DNA of 64,000 bases from Balanoglossus misakiensis (taxonomy: Eukaryota; Animalia; Hemichordata). The DNA lies in NCBI GenBank assembly GCA_040954595.2, contig CM082588.2:4962156-5026155 (forward strand), written 5' to 3'. Below the pieces are notes generated by a model. It searched no databases. It saw only the letters and a list, made by a program, of their open reading frames with translations, and was not told the origin of the DNA. The position numbers and the translations under genes were made by a program. Shown piece after piece: positions 36,401 to 50,200 of the stretch. The stretch's first letter is position 1, and each line of letters opens with the position of its first letter.

Positions 36401-39400
36401 ACATTTGGTCGTTTGGTTCTTTTAAGGATTCATGCGTCATATTACCATTATACCTGATCAGGCATGCGCACGTTGTCTGGAGAGACACACATGCTTGAGT
36501 CGCCAAAATTACTGAGTTATGGCTCGGCGTTTGCAATTTTCTTTTAACGTAGACTGGTCTGCCAAACGATAGGTGATATTTGTTGTGTCGAAAGACAGAA
36601 GAAATTACGCAAGTGCCTATCCGCTGGAAAAAATGTGATAAACCATTTCAACACAGGTGTCGACAAGGCATTCATTTGCCTCAGGTAAATGAGTTGATGT
36701 ATTGCAAGGTTCCTTAGGTTACTCATGACAGGTCTCGTCAGATCCGACGCCGTAATGAAGTATATACTTTAGCATCCAGATTGAAAATTGTCGGTTGGGT
36801 TTCGGAAAAAGCTGTATTCATGAATTATGGACAGAAATGCAACGATTTGAGGGCCACGTGGAGTGACCGTGATTGAACCCTCTTTAATAGAGTTGACGGG
36901 TAACGCCCCGCACAATTTTAAATAATGCTCGGGTTAATAACACCCAAAAGCGGGTTATTTTCTCGAGAAAAAAAAATATTATGGGATGATGAACGTCTGA
37001 GAAATCCCTGCCGGTAAGGTAGCATGGGTTTCCATGGCAACACCATTAAATGCATTCCCTAGACGTTTCGCGGTAATAGCCATACGAGGAGAACTATGGG
37101 CAAATCTATCAGCGGCGTCCGCGGCATCAATCTCCATTGCCCGAGCAGACAGTTTTGTGTTCGCCCAACGTTGCAACGAACGCTATGTGTAGAAGAGTAA
37201 ACTGATACATGTACACGTTGTAAGTGGATAAATTCCGAGGACTCCTGAAAATCACCCCGCTTGCCGTTGGACAATGTGTACGGATTCTCACAGCTGCTAC
37301 AGGTGTTAATTGACGCCACTTTCAACTTAGACATACCTTGCTTGATAAACAAAAATCTGCCTGCGCTATCATTCACATGTACAACTTACAACACCATTGG
37401 AATGATAAACCGCCTGAGCTATTCTTTAGCTGATTAAATAAAAGCATCATTTTCACCAACACTTTTATATTAATTGATAAACCATTTCATAGTGGCTAAA
37501 TAACGTGTCAGGCAACTGTCTGAAATTCAACCTTTATGTATAGCACAATCAATCTGCATGCAGTTAATGTCATTAATGGGAGATTTTACAAGAAATGAAA
37601 AATTGCTATATCACTTTTTTCAGTGTGCTGACACTGGTTCAGTGCGAAATAAGCGTACCATTATACCGGGCGTAGAATGGCGCGAGTCAGACGTTGTGAA
37701 TTGCCGCAAATGCCTCCAGGAGGTATGAATGATAAAAATGACACAACTCGCCGGCTATGAAACGCGACTGCCAGTATCGGAAATCATTACATTCCGAATT
37801 GTGATAATAGAAAATGAATGCGGCTCTAATCATGATCGATATCAGTCCGCATGTGTTGGTCTATATGTGCGCGGCGGAAAGTCGCGTTTCCCCCATCAAC
37901 TCACCAGTGCATTGTTATAGCGTCTAATGGCATCCAGCGATACACACGTAATGAATGCATTCAATGCGGGAAGAATAACAATAATCGAGTCATAGCTCGC
38001 GCTGAGATAAAACTTGATTCGTCGATTTAGAATTGCTTTCGGAGCAAATAATAGAACAATCGTAAATTACGCAAACTAATGCATTGATCGAATCTTGATG
38101 TGAATAGAATCATGGCGGGATTTTTGTTGAGGGAATCATGCATTATCACAGTGTGGTTTCATTAAACTCCCTTATCGCTACTGCGACACTATATCTACTG
38201 ATGTTCGAGGCTGTAAACCTAACAAATTCGGTCCCCTTAAAGCGAAAACTTTATATGATAATGGGCGTCGTAGATTCTTGCTATTGTGATCAGTCTACCT
38301 ATCATATAGTGAGATATACTAAATTGCGGCATTGTCAATACCAGCATGGATTCTTCACGTAGTCAATCCATCTAGTTTGTTATAAGGTATTCATGGTTGC
38401 TACGCGACGCATCACATGCACAGAATGAGCTGCGTGCACGTATGTACAGAACCCGCTACAAAATCTGATGGCTTTCAGTGTTTATAACCTTTGACGATGG
38501 CCTGGGCGACTCTATAATCTTGTTTCTATCGACACACGCCGGGTATAGGTAAAATACGAGTGATCGGGTAAATCGAGATTTAACTGGACTTGATTGTGAT
38601 TTACCTCGATCAAATCTGACTTAAGGTCCCTCACGCACGTTAGTTTAATTTGTCTCGTGATCGAACAAAACTGCACCGTTCGACATGCGTGTGCCAAGGC
38701 CACGCTTTCTGTCCTATACACATACATGTACCTAGATACACATACCTATACACATCCGTTATTCCCTGCGCAACTCGTCGATTTTTCACCAGACATCACA
38801 TGGCGAAGCGGTGCCATTTTCGATTAACGTTGAGACATTTGAAGTAAAGACTTCCTTGCCAGGCAATCTCGTTAGAGTGTACGTTTCCTGAAAGTCTGTA
38901 TTTAGGAAACCTGGCTCACAACGTTGAGTGAAGAAACGGGATCACTTAATTTCCGAGAAAAAGAAGTCAATGTTAAGCTCACTACACTATAGGGCAGACA
39001 TTCATAAGGGTTGAAATTTGCATATTGAAAAATGTTCTATTAAGTTGCTTTGCTTTTAATCGATTTTTGTGAAGAAATAGTCGTAAAGGAATGCCAACTG
39101 GGCTCCGACACTACTATTGTAACCAAACTAGAGAGAGTGAGAAAAAAGATGTAAAATCTTGCTCGCTTTCAGTCACCACTGCATCGTTCATGTACAATTC
39201 TGCTTCAAAGAAAAATTACATCTAAACTGCATTCCATGTTAAGTGTTGGTTGGCGTAATGTGCTTGATATGTGAATCGGTATTCCGTTCTGTTAAAAATA
39301 GATTCCTTAAAAACCACTTTTCATTACAAGACAAGTCTGCAGGCTACACACACACACAAAAATCATTAGTACATTACGAGCTAGGCAACTTGCAAAACCG

Positions 39401-40266
39401 CATAGGATCGCAACCAAAACGTAATGTCTTCCGATAAGACCTTAAAATCATTATGTATCTACATGTTGTTGTTCATCACGATCAAGAGGTTTTCCCCCAA
39501 GTAGAATCGACTAGAGAGAAAAAATCTTTGAATTAAGAGCGGCTTGTGGTTGGTCGGTTGAGTTCTCCACGACGGGCGCCCAAGACCAAAGAAGAGTCAA
39601 CTGTGTGTATATTCTGAGATGCTTTCGTCGCCTCGAGATGTGTAGATGCTACTCAACTGGTGCGGAATTACAGGGATAAATGTGATACGTGGAGTGCGCA
39701 TCAGCGAGACACAGAACAGGGTAATTCGATTCGATGTAAATTGCAAATTAACGATGAAGCGGGACAAAATCCCTCGTCCTGTGGAGATAACACTTTCCTC
39801 GCAGGAACTCAGGTGCGGAAAATGCGTGCTTGAAATTCACTTACTGCTGCCGACGAAACAGGAGAAGTGAAAACACTGTCTTTGAGTGAAAAAAATGTCA
39901 GCAATTCTTATGAATCGGAGCGATATTCCGATAGGCAATACAGCAGCGGACATCTGCCGTCCGTCGACGGGTGTTTTCCATGTGCCATCCCGCGGGGACT
40001 GGAAGGGGCGTGCCGAGCCTCAGAAGAAAGGATGCTATTGTTAACGTTGCTGGATTCGTGAGCTCGCCAAAGCGTTAACGACGAAAAGCACCATTGCGCG
40101 TGTAATTGCAATGCGTGATATTTCGAATATTTGAGTAGTAAGAGCTCTTCATACGTGTAAGTTTTTTTTAACGGTAAATTTTATAGTTTCTGCCGCATCA
40201 TCACGCACGACGTGAATGTATTTTCTTCTCGTTCTGAGAAATGACATTACGTGTTTAAAAAATCAA

Positions 40267-41313
40267 TCACACAGAACAGACGTCTTTTGAGTTGTTGTGA
40301 GAGTTCGGTGATAGCACTGTGCTGGCTGGATTACGCGTTGAGATGGAGCGGTTCGTGGACATGAGGTGACGCAGGTTCCTGTTTCGGCCGTGCGGATGTG
40401 TGTGATGTCGACAGAAGAACGCGTGCTTGAAGGCTTGTCTGTAAGTCGAGCTGAGGATGTTATAGATGAAAGGATTCGCCGAGGAGTTAATCTCGAGGAA
40501 ATAGGTGCTTATGTTCGCCAGACAAAAGACATCATGGGTGAGAAGAACTTGTCCCGAAGCGTCGAACTGTATCATGAAGAGGACAGTCTGCAGGACTATG
40601 GGCAGCAGACATAGGAAGTGCAGCATCGAGGTAGCCAGGCATATTCGCACAATCTGCCGCTCTTTCTGGCGAGATAGGACCGGGCGCGGTGAATTTCTGG
40701 CGGCCAGTATAATGAGATTATACATCACAAATATAACCACCATTACGGCGAATACCGTGGACAGAAAAATTATCCTCCCCGCCAGTGCTCTCGACTCGGT
40801 GTGGGCGAAGCAGTCGACGAGCGCTTCCGACGATATGACGCACGAGAGAAACCAGATTAGGACGATCATGTAGGCTATGAAGTGAACCTTGTGGATCATG
40901 CTGTCTCTATAGATGACCGGCTTGCAGATGGCCAGGTAACGCTCGATGCTCAGCACGGCCACGGTGAAGAGCGACACGTACTGGTACAGCCGGGAGAAGT
41001 ACATCATGGCGCAGTACTCCGTCTCCGTCGTCGAGTCCTGGAAGTAGCCGATCCAGATGGCGACGTGCCAGACGAGGTGGAACAGATCGGCGACGGCCAG
41101 GTTGACGAGGTAGGCGTTCAGCACCGTCCGCATGGTCGGGATCTGGGCCACCACGTACATGAACGCCAGGTTGGCGGTGACGCCGATCACCGAAATGCTC
41201 ATGCCGATTCCGTACTGGACGTCGGGGTTTAACAGACAGGAGGATTCGAACGACATGTTGTCGAAGGTGAAATTTTCCATCGTGTAGGACGCGTCCGTTG
41301 GATACCTATCCAT
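40267..41313 (-). CDS. Intronless rhodopsin-like (class A) GPCR, peptide-receptor-like orphan, 348 aa
   Basis: Seven hydrophobic segments with TM1 Asn (VTAN), TM2 NLAVAD, TM3 Cys and ERYLAIC, TM4 Trp, TM6 CLLP, TM7 NSSANPFIY and helix 8 YRQAF. Start taken at the ATG in strong context (ctcaccATGg); N-terminal NFT and NMS sequons. Confidence 0.92.
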   Translation of the reverse strand: MDRYPTDASYTMENFTFDNMSFESSCLLNPDVQYGIGMSISVIGVTANLAFMYVVAQIPTMRTVLNAYLVNLAVADLFHLVWHVAIWIGYFQDSTTETEYCAMMYFSRLYQYVSLFTVAVLSIERYLAICKPVIYRDSMIHKVHFIAYMIVLIWFLSCVISSEALVDCFAHTESRALAGRIIFLSTVFAVMVVIFVMYNLIILAARNSPRPVLSRQKERQIVRICLATSMLHFLCLLPIVLQTVLFMIQFDASGQVLLTHDVFCLANISTYFLEINSSANPFIYNILSSTYRQAFKHAFFCRHHTHPHGRNRNLRHLMSTNRSISTRNPASTVLSPNSHNNSKDVCSV

Positions 41314-41686
41314 GGTGAGATCGGGCAAGAAGATCGGGCAAATGGAACGTATATATACGTACGAACAAATGTCAGGAAAAGATGTGAAAAACTTTTGTAC
41401 AAACACGAATCAAACTGTGATTATATAAATTGGCTGTATCTTACATTTCCGCTCTTGTATGGCCTAGGAGGAGATGGAGGACACCGATGCACCGCCAAGC
41501 TGAATGCTCCGGCTCGCTGGACTGAAGACACCACCAGTCACTCTTGCACAACAAAGCGTATTATGTCAGCGGCGAGAAGCAAACGGCATGCTTTCATCGT
41601 GGTCACAACTCCACTGATGTGCGCATTTCGCGTCTCGCGAAAGCGAGGTAGCTTCACCCCTTTGGGGGGTCGAGTAATTATCATGC

Positions 41687-41700
41687 GTTGCCCTGGCAAC
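41687..41700. promoter_or_regulatory. Candidate RFX X-box upstream of the GPCR
   Basis: GTTGCCCTGGCAAC is a near-perfect palindrome matching GTNRCC-N2-RGYAAC, about 375 bp 5' of the GPCR ATG. Motif match only. Confidence 0.45.
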
Positions 41701-43317
41701 GTCTACTTTTGAACGCTGAACGCATTAATCACGTGTACGAGGGAAGGGGCGTGTTTTGAGTGAACTGCCTGAAATGATCACGATCGCAGCGAAATCGACG
41801 CACTTTACATCGGTATTTCGCATGCGTCGTGACTAGTTCATATCGACATTCACTCGATGTATCAGCGATCTATTGGTCTATTTCAAAGAAATTGTATATC
41901 AAAGCATAGAGGGCTTTATTTATGCGCGGTGACGCTGACAACCTCACGTATAAATAATTGTTGACTGCAGAATTTTAACCTGATGCACTGAAAACCATGG
42001 CCACTCACACGGTTCTACAAAATTCGTGATAGTCCTTCCGGAAGCTGAAAACCTAACAGTGGTAACTTAAAATCTGCCGACAACGCTTAATGAATAAAAA
42101 CTACGAGATCTACATTTCCGTCTCAATACAATAGAAGAAAAAGTTGCCGCTGCGCTTTTCAATCTACATGTATCTATGGCTTTTTGCCATATACATGTAT
42201 TAGCTAGGTAGTCATTTCAGTAGCGAATACACGGGGAATCGTTGACGATTCCAAGAAATTTCCCCTTATATCTCTGGAAATTTAAACTGCGGGATTAGTT
42301 TCATTCGCGATTGGCATGGACAGCAGTGCCCACCAAAAAGACGAAGGCATGACATTTGATTTGTTTTGCGACTGCAAATATAGACAGGGCACGTCCGACC
42401 ACCGGATGATTTAGAAATTCCCATCGTAGTCCACTAGAGGGCGACCATTATGTCGACCACGCACGGCGTCAGTCAACAGAGAACGCTCTGAGGGCAAAAG
42501 GGTTTCGTGATTATCCTGGATATTCTGCTCCCCGAAATCGCAGGACACACAAAACTGGTTGTTTACCTGGGACCCCAGCGGCAGCAGCGGAGACGCACTC
42601 CTGCAAATTGACCCGTCGTTTCTTCCCAAGCGACACGTTCTTCTGCATTCCGTTATAGCATACCTGCGGCGGGTCGAAATTGAAGAACGGTTGTAAAGTC
42701 TCTTCGTAAAGTCATTGCATCACTTGTCACGGGTACGGGTCTTCTCACGCGTTTTTAACATTTAACTTTTTGATAACGTATTATTCGGTACATAGCCGTG
42801 TATATTTCGGTGCGTGACCATGTTGAGTACATTAATTGATGTAGCATAGTAGGCTTGTGAGTGGGTGGCTACCGAGTATGCATAGTTGAGGTAAACAAAG
42901 ATTGTGAGTCTAGATATCAAGATGAATATCTGAGTGATCTTAGATTGGAATGGCGATATATAATTGCAGAACAAAGCATTGAACTCAAAGTATAATCAGT
43001 GGCATGTTAATAGGGTTCATCAAATCGTGCATCGTCCTTTCGTTTACCTTCAAATCACGTTCAAGCGCGTGGTTACCAAGGTGACGCGACTGCAGCCCTT
43101 ATATGATACACATTTCTTCAGATACACCTCGCTTCCCCCAGGCAGTCGATTTAAATAGAAATTTGAATTGTTGTGGAGTTAAAGTATCCATTGAGGTCGA
43201 TGCCTCTTGTTAGGATAATATTTTAAAGACGAGGTAAATTTTCTCCTTTATACTGCTTGTACAGTGAAAAGTAACAACCTAAAATAATGATAATAATAAC
43301 GATACTAGTATAGTACA

Positions 43318-43389
43318 GATGATGATGATGATGATGATGATGGTGATGATGACGACGACGACGACGACGACGATGATGACGATGATGAC

Positions 43390-43457
<68 letters not shown>
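43318..43457. repeat. (GAT)n/(GAC)n microsatellite
   Basis: Compound trinucleotide run. Confidence 0.97.
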
Positions 43458-43459
<2 letters not shown>

Positions 43460-46400
43460 CTATCAGATAAAAGTGCAAAAAGTCCAAATTCTCTGACTTT
43501 ATTTCCAGCAAGATATTCTTCTAGCTTTCCTGCCTCGCGATTTCTTGCGCTGGCAAACCCGTGTTCAATGCACTGCACTCGCCAAATGTTTCTATTCGGA
43601 AAGTTCACAGAACAACCTCTGGCTTGTGTTGGAAAGTATAGCAATGTATAATGTGCATTATCCAATAAATTTTAGCGCATGAGAGAAATATTGAGATAAC
43701 CATCAGAAACATAATGGCAACGCACTTTTCATTTCGTGTCCTAAAAACGATACGAAAATCGTTATTCTGATGGTAATGGAGTTTAATGTCTCTCGGTACC
43801 TGCATCACATTTTCGTTGGTATCAATTTCGGATACTTGGACACAACAAGCAAACAGCAATAAAGACAGACATCATTATCCGCCATCCACACAAAGATGAA
43901 AGACAGTAAAATGCAATATAATAACATAAACTCCAATTAGAGTACAAAGTAAAAGGTAAGTTAGATAAAATATAATGGATAAATAATTTTCCGGAAGAAA
44001 AATTCTTCTTTGGTAATCGAACAGTATCTAATGTAACTATCTATGTGATATTTTCTTGACTAAAGTATTCCCAACGCAGCCGTTGCCCTCAGCAGGTTCA
44101 CACTGCCCTGACCCCGGGGACGTCTAATGGTTTTGTAAGGTCATTTACATTCGACATGCTTAAAGAGTAAAAAGCCTGCTAGCTGAAATTTATTGACGTT
44201 TTTCGAAGGTGAGCTAAGAGTAATACGAGCGTATGGACAAGCCAAGCCAAATAAATGAAAAGCGACGACACTGGATAAATCAAACATCTTTTGTGTGTGT
44301 ATGATAACCTACTACTCAAAAAATACTATTTAAGAGCTCAGAACACCCGGACTTTTGAGTCGTGCCTTGTACGCCATTACCGTGTCTCAGAACCCCATTT
44401 CTGCGGAGATAATATGTTCAATTGCATAAGCATGTTTTCTGCAAATGAGATAAAAGGTCATACCCGGCCGCCAAATGCGGGACACATGGAGCGATAAACG
44501 CCCGCGATATGTCTTGTTATGGACATTAGAACATCAATGCATTTTGAAGAGAGAGGCTTGCGCTTCTCGTCTGTCGATAATGGATGAATCTCTCCTGCAA
44601 GAGACGACAGTTTTTTGCTATCTTCTGCTTGGTTGACAACCCTGTACTCCAACACACAACATTTCATGGTTGAATCTGCCATGCCAATATCATGGCGAAA
44701 TCTAACCCAGAAGTTACCATACCCATATTATACATATAGGTACCCGATAATAAGGTTTTGTTTCAATCGCCCACGCAGTTTACTTCATTGATAATAAAAC
44801 ATGTTTTAATGTACCCACACATCCTGTTGTTTTATTTTGCATTTCCCAACATGGCGCTGATCATAATTCTTGCTAATCAGAGTGTCAATATTAAGACGCC
44901 TATTCGATTCCCCCACCTCTGCAGTGTGTAACTCTTTAATTTTTCCGACCTTCACATTTTCTGGTTGTTTTCCGACGGTTCACTGTGTTATTGAAAGCCA
45001 GAAATCAGCCACACATTCAGGGGCGTTGCGGTATACGTGCATAAAATCACGAATGACAAAACGTTCTTCCACAAAAGCCTTGTGGGGAGAACTGCCATCT
45101 GAAATGCCATTTTCCGCTTCTGGGTTAAAGAAATGTAAAGAGCGTGGGGGTGTTGTTGCACTTATCTTGATTATTAAGATATGGTGGTTCCCGGCCGATT
45201 TCGCCGAGGTGACAATCGGTATATAAACGCTTCTAACATGAAACTGTAAACTGCTCTCCTGCACGCCTTACACGGAATAACACAAGTGTTACTGTCATAA
45301 ACCACTCTCTCTCTCTCTCTCTGTTTACACACAACGGTACCACTGACAGATGTTGTACGGAGGAAGCTTTTATCGCACTAAAATCGATCGCTCAGCACTG
45401 CAAACTCAAAGTTGTTTCAAAATATGCACGACATCTATGACACCCTGACTTCTCTTTCATAACTGTTGTCCAAGTCTGACGAGAGTTTGCTTTCATCGCA
45501 GACGTAACACAAGATGCATTTACTGGGGATTGGTTAGTGACTTGGGGCAATTGCCCGTGCAATCAATACCACGTCTGTGAAACGCTTCAACTTCTGACAA
45601 CACAAATCTTACGAACGGTGACGCAGTCGGATTCTACTCTTTAATCGACAGTTGCATGCTGTTGACTGACGGTCTACGCCACGAATTGGCATTCTTTACC
45701 GGATTCAATACACTAGGAAATTGCGACAGTATTGGTATCTGTGTATCCTAACAGCCTTTTGAATGTGTCTGCAAAACACTCCAAATTCAGAAACAATACG
45801 GATACTTCTTCTCCTTCAGGGGAAAAACGATAACTGCGCGTCTTGCAAATGCCTTGATCCAACAAATATGCCAATCAAAGCAGAAATTGTAAAATAGCTG
45901 TGTATAAACAAGACTGTGTCATGTCACGACGTCAAAACTCATAGAAGTGCCATTTCAATGTATTGCCCATTCGACCTAAATAACTCTTACCACGGACATA
46001 CATTGAATGATTTTTATCGCTTTGCACTTTTTTCCCCGCGCTCTCTCGGGAGTACATACAGATTCCCCGTCAATGATGCGCGAGTACATTCAATCCCGAT
46101 ACCTATTATAATGTTTGATAGGCTGCCTTTATAGACAGATTAAACTGAAACTTTTCTAAGCAAGTTCCCCTGGACTTGATATTCGTGTCACGACCGACTG
46201 CCTTGTTGTTTGCAGTCAACAGGTCGCGTAGGAGTCAAGGCTAGTCTTTTAATGGCGTGTTGTTGTTTGTATCTCGTTCAACGGAATGCCCCGCTCTTCC
46301 GGAGTCCATTCCGCAGTCTCCGCGCACGTTGACGATATATCACGAATCCGCCTATGGACAGGAGATTATTTTTCCCCGTATCTCTTCTATCATCTGAATG

Positions 46401-46724
46401 TTTTCTTCGGGGAATCTCGAAATAATAGCTTTTTTTTGTTTGTCACTCGACGCCCACAATATCATTCATATTCTGTGTGACGTCATTAATCTGATTAGCT
46501 GATTAAGGAACATTAGCTCTCTAACTGAACATCTATAACGGACTGGATGTTCTGCGTGTTTAAGGATTTCCGAGTACAGAGCGAGTTTATCTGTGCTATT
46601 GTAATTTTTTTTCCGCTGAGATATTGCATCGCCGCAGTGCAATGTCTGGATATGCCTGTGCACTGAGTATCCATATGTTGCACTGCACCTGGCATAATGG
46701 CGGTCACTCACAGCATTCTGTATC

Positions 46725-47298
46725 TATGCGCTGGGCACGACCTTTGGTTGGGGTTTCATTTCTACCTCGCACACGGTTTCGCCCGAAGGTACCAGACTGA
46801 AGTACCTTGTTGACGTACGTTCGAAAATTCTTAATCAATATTAACTTTAAATTTAAATTTTTCGATAAAATGTGACAGAAAACTGGTACTTACAGTAGAG
46901 GATGTGCGCAATGGTGGTTGCAGCAAGCCAGGAAGAAGGTGTCCTCGAGTTTGGTCAAGTCACTTTCCATGACCGATGGTTCACGCACAGTTTCTTAAAA
47001 GAGGCTACCAAAAACTTGGAAAATCCAGTCCATATCGTCCCAGTCATGACCTTCACTTTCACTTGGTTGTCCGAAATTGGCCAGGGTGATGAACAGGTCG
47101 TTGTTGTCACTACTTTCAGCCATGGTGTTTGTACGTCAACGACTGAGTATCTAATGATGGAACTGACACGTCACCTCACTGACCATCTGGCAAATGAACT
47201 GGCTGTGTCATTCACCAGGTGCATTTTGTGAGGCTTCTGATTGGTTGATGTGGTTGGGAAGTTGTTTAGCATATCAAGATCACAGATGTTGTCTTAAT
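46725..47298 (-). mobile_element. Dispersed repeat family copy C
   Basis: Homologous to copies A and B, same orientation. Confidence 0.8.
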
Positions 47299-50200
47299 CA
47301 AATGTAGTAAACTCCCAGTAACTCTGGTGGTTATTTTTCAGTATTTTCTCCCATTGTTCTACTCTGGATAGCTTTAATATTCAAATCGCTCAAATCGTCG
47401 AATTACATTCACGTCAAGTACGGTGCATCTACGTATTTACAACTCTGCACACGTAGAGTTGTTTGTGCGCATACTGTCTCGTGTTTTTTTTTCTAACAGG
47501 AAATTTGGACAAGATTTGCCTTCACTCCAGATGTACATCATATACGCATCTCTTATTTATATTTACTTCCTTACATTTCTAGGCATTCTCTTCGGGTGCA
47601 ACTCAAAAGGATCAATTGGCTGGCGGAATGAAAAAAATACAGACTTAAACCCTGAAGGAATTTCGTGTAACAAAACACACTGTCTAACACCCGGTCACGT
47701 GAGGTTGGTGCTGCGGAGGACGAATGGAAATTGAGCATAGCCGCCAACAGGGCTTTGCAGTCACTGCATGCCAAGCCTTTGTCAGCGTGACGTCCAACCC
47801 TAACACTGTCTATGCATGTGCCTTTTTACCTCTGGTTTGATTTACCAGAAGCTTCATTCACCCACATATCGTCCGCAACCAAAGAACGCCCACACTTGGC
47901 GTCTTTCTGAATGGCATGCTGCATTTACCACGTCGTGCTCAACCGCACAGACCCAAGGTTTCGCATAGCGATACGTGGCACACGAACCATTCATTTGATC
48001 GGTTCGAGGACTTCACTTTCGAATCCTGTCGCGTGCCACGCAGCGTGGACACGACACCCTTTTTCCGTATGCAATGCCAATCACACGTCTTCTCAATGAA
48101 CCCTCTGTATGGCGGAATTGCTTAAATCATTGTGTTCGCGTGCAGTCGCTGTAGGTTATATCTATGAACACTATGGGTGCTGCATTTCCCATACAGTTAT
48201 GATTCTTTGATTGGAAATATATTTCCAAGGTTTTGGTCGAAAATCATCACGTTATGCCCCTTCTATTTTCCATTATGGAAATGATTCCGTCAGCTATATA
48301 TACTGCACACCAAAATGACAATGTCAATTAAACTAACCCGAGAGCCAACTTTTCTTGTTCTGCTATATTAAACCTCTGCCTATCTAGATAGATAGGAGGG
48401 CATGTTATCAATGCCAACTTTCCTTATATTTCCTTATATGACCCCACCTGTCCCCCTCTTTCTAGTAAGCGACAGATGCTTCTGTTATAAAGTAAAATCT
48501 ACTCAATAAATAAGTGTGCATACAATACCACTTATAAATGGCCTTGTTCGATACGAACTCCTTTTGTTACAGAAAGCATTTTCCTGGCAGAAAAATTGAT
48601 TTTTGTGTATCTCCAGCAGAACCAGATGTTTGCAAAGAAATGTAACTCTTTGAGTGTGTTGTGCCGGCGAACCATTCGCTTCGTAAATATGTTGAGGTGA
48701 AGACCTAGACATTTCGTATTATATAATCCAACATCTTAAACCGATACGTAATGAATACCTTGTTTCGCATGTGTCTGACGTCATCTTGCCGCCAAACGAT
48801 TCTACCAACCAGCAAGTTGCGCTGTACATCCTGTTTACCAAAGAACTCCTCGACATAGGCGTAACCTCAATTAAAAATTCAATTTCCGTCGTCTGAATCC
48901 CCCCACCTGTTAACCTTACGTATTTTTCGATATCTTTGAAATCTCGACGATTTCTCAGTTCAACAAAGTCGAATTTCATTTTGCGCGACAGCAGATGAAA
49001 TCTTCCAATGATCACAACGGAATCAGACGAGTCAACATTCTTTTCGTCATACAGAATTTACAGAATTGGTATTGACATATAAGTTAATGTCTTGCTGTTG
49101 CTAACGTGTAACTTCTAAGGCCTTAAAGCTTTCCCTGTGGAAAATTGTCAAACACGTAAAACGCCATGCATGGAGTGGCCAACAAACTTTAATGAAGAAA
49201 TAAGAGGCTTCAAAATGATTATAGCTTAATTTGAATATCACCGATTTCTGCTTCAGCATATCGACTTTAAAGGAAGCGAAACGTGGTTTCATTAATGTCA
49301 AAGGTTGTATTGAGAGGTTGTTTTGATAGTCTATTGTCTAAGGTGCAATTTTGAAACTCAACCACAGTGCACCAAATGTAACAATGAGGGGTGAATAGGG
49401 TCGAATCTGTGTTAGATTGGTAAGGGTGATTAAATATTGGCTCATGTTACTGTGTATGTCACAGAACCGTCAGCTTTATCACTACTATACCTGCATGTTC
49501 CAATTGAACGAAGCAGAAAGGCGGAGGAGATTCGTGTGCCTTTGAATTCAAACAACTACTCTTTTTTCAATTGGGGTTGGTGAAGCTTGATTCGATAAAG
49601 ATTGGTGTGCCAACACTATTTCTAATTTATTAAGCAACGCTGTCGGACATCTGCATTCAAAAGTGACATTCAGCCCTTTTCAATGTATACCCTACGCTTG
49701 ATGAATATCGTGCCATTACGCATTCATTGGACATTAAATAGCTATAGGGTGTCAGCGCTTTCTCCAAGAAAAGAATCTGCATCTCAAAGCGCGCAGAAGG
49801 AACACGCGGGTTTTGTAAGCAGATAGCATTGAAGACGAATCCCACTTTTGTCTGGTGTGTCCATTTATACTAGTTCTGTCAGTCATACAACTAGTGGTAG
49901 GCAACTGCCGCTGAACACTATACATTATGAAGTACAAGAAAACAAACCGTGGGACGAGAGATAACCGGCATATGATGAACTTGCATCTTTTAATATTTGT
50001 AAATTCAAGTACTCCTGTTCGGCACTGGAGCTCGCTCTTTGCTCTCACGGAAACATACGAAAACTGTTGATATACTGCTAGAATGTCTGCGAATCACGGA
50101 CGCCATGGATTTGTGTGCATGGTGGCTATTTAATCCGGCGCTTTAATGGATCAGCCATGTGCTACTGACACTTTCGATTTCTGGAAATTAGACAAAATTG

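Noticed and set aside
40366-41232. Plus-strand ORFs overlapping the GPCR
   Set aside because: Antisense frames kept open by the GC-rich codon usage of the GPCR.
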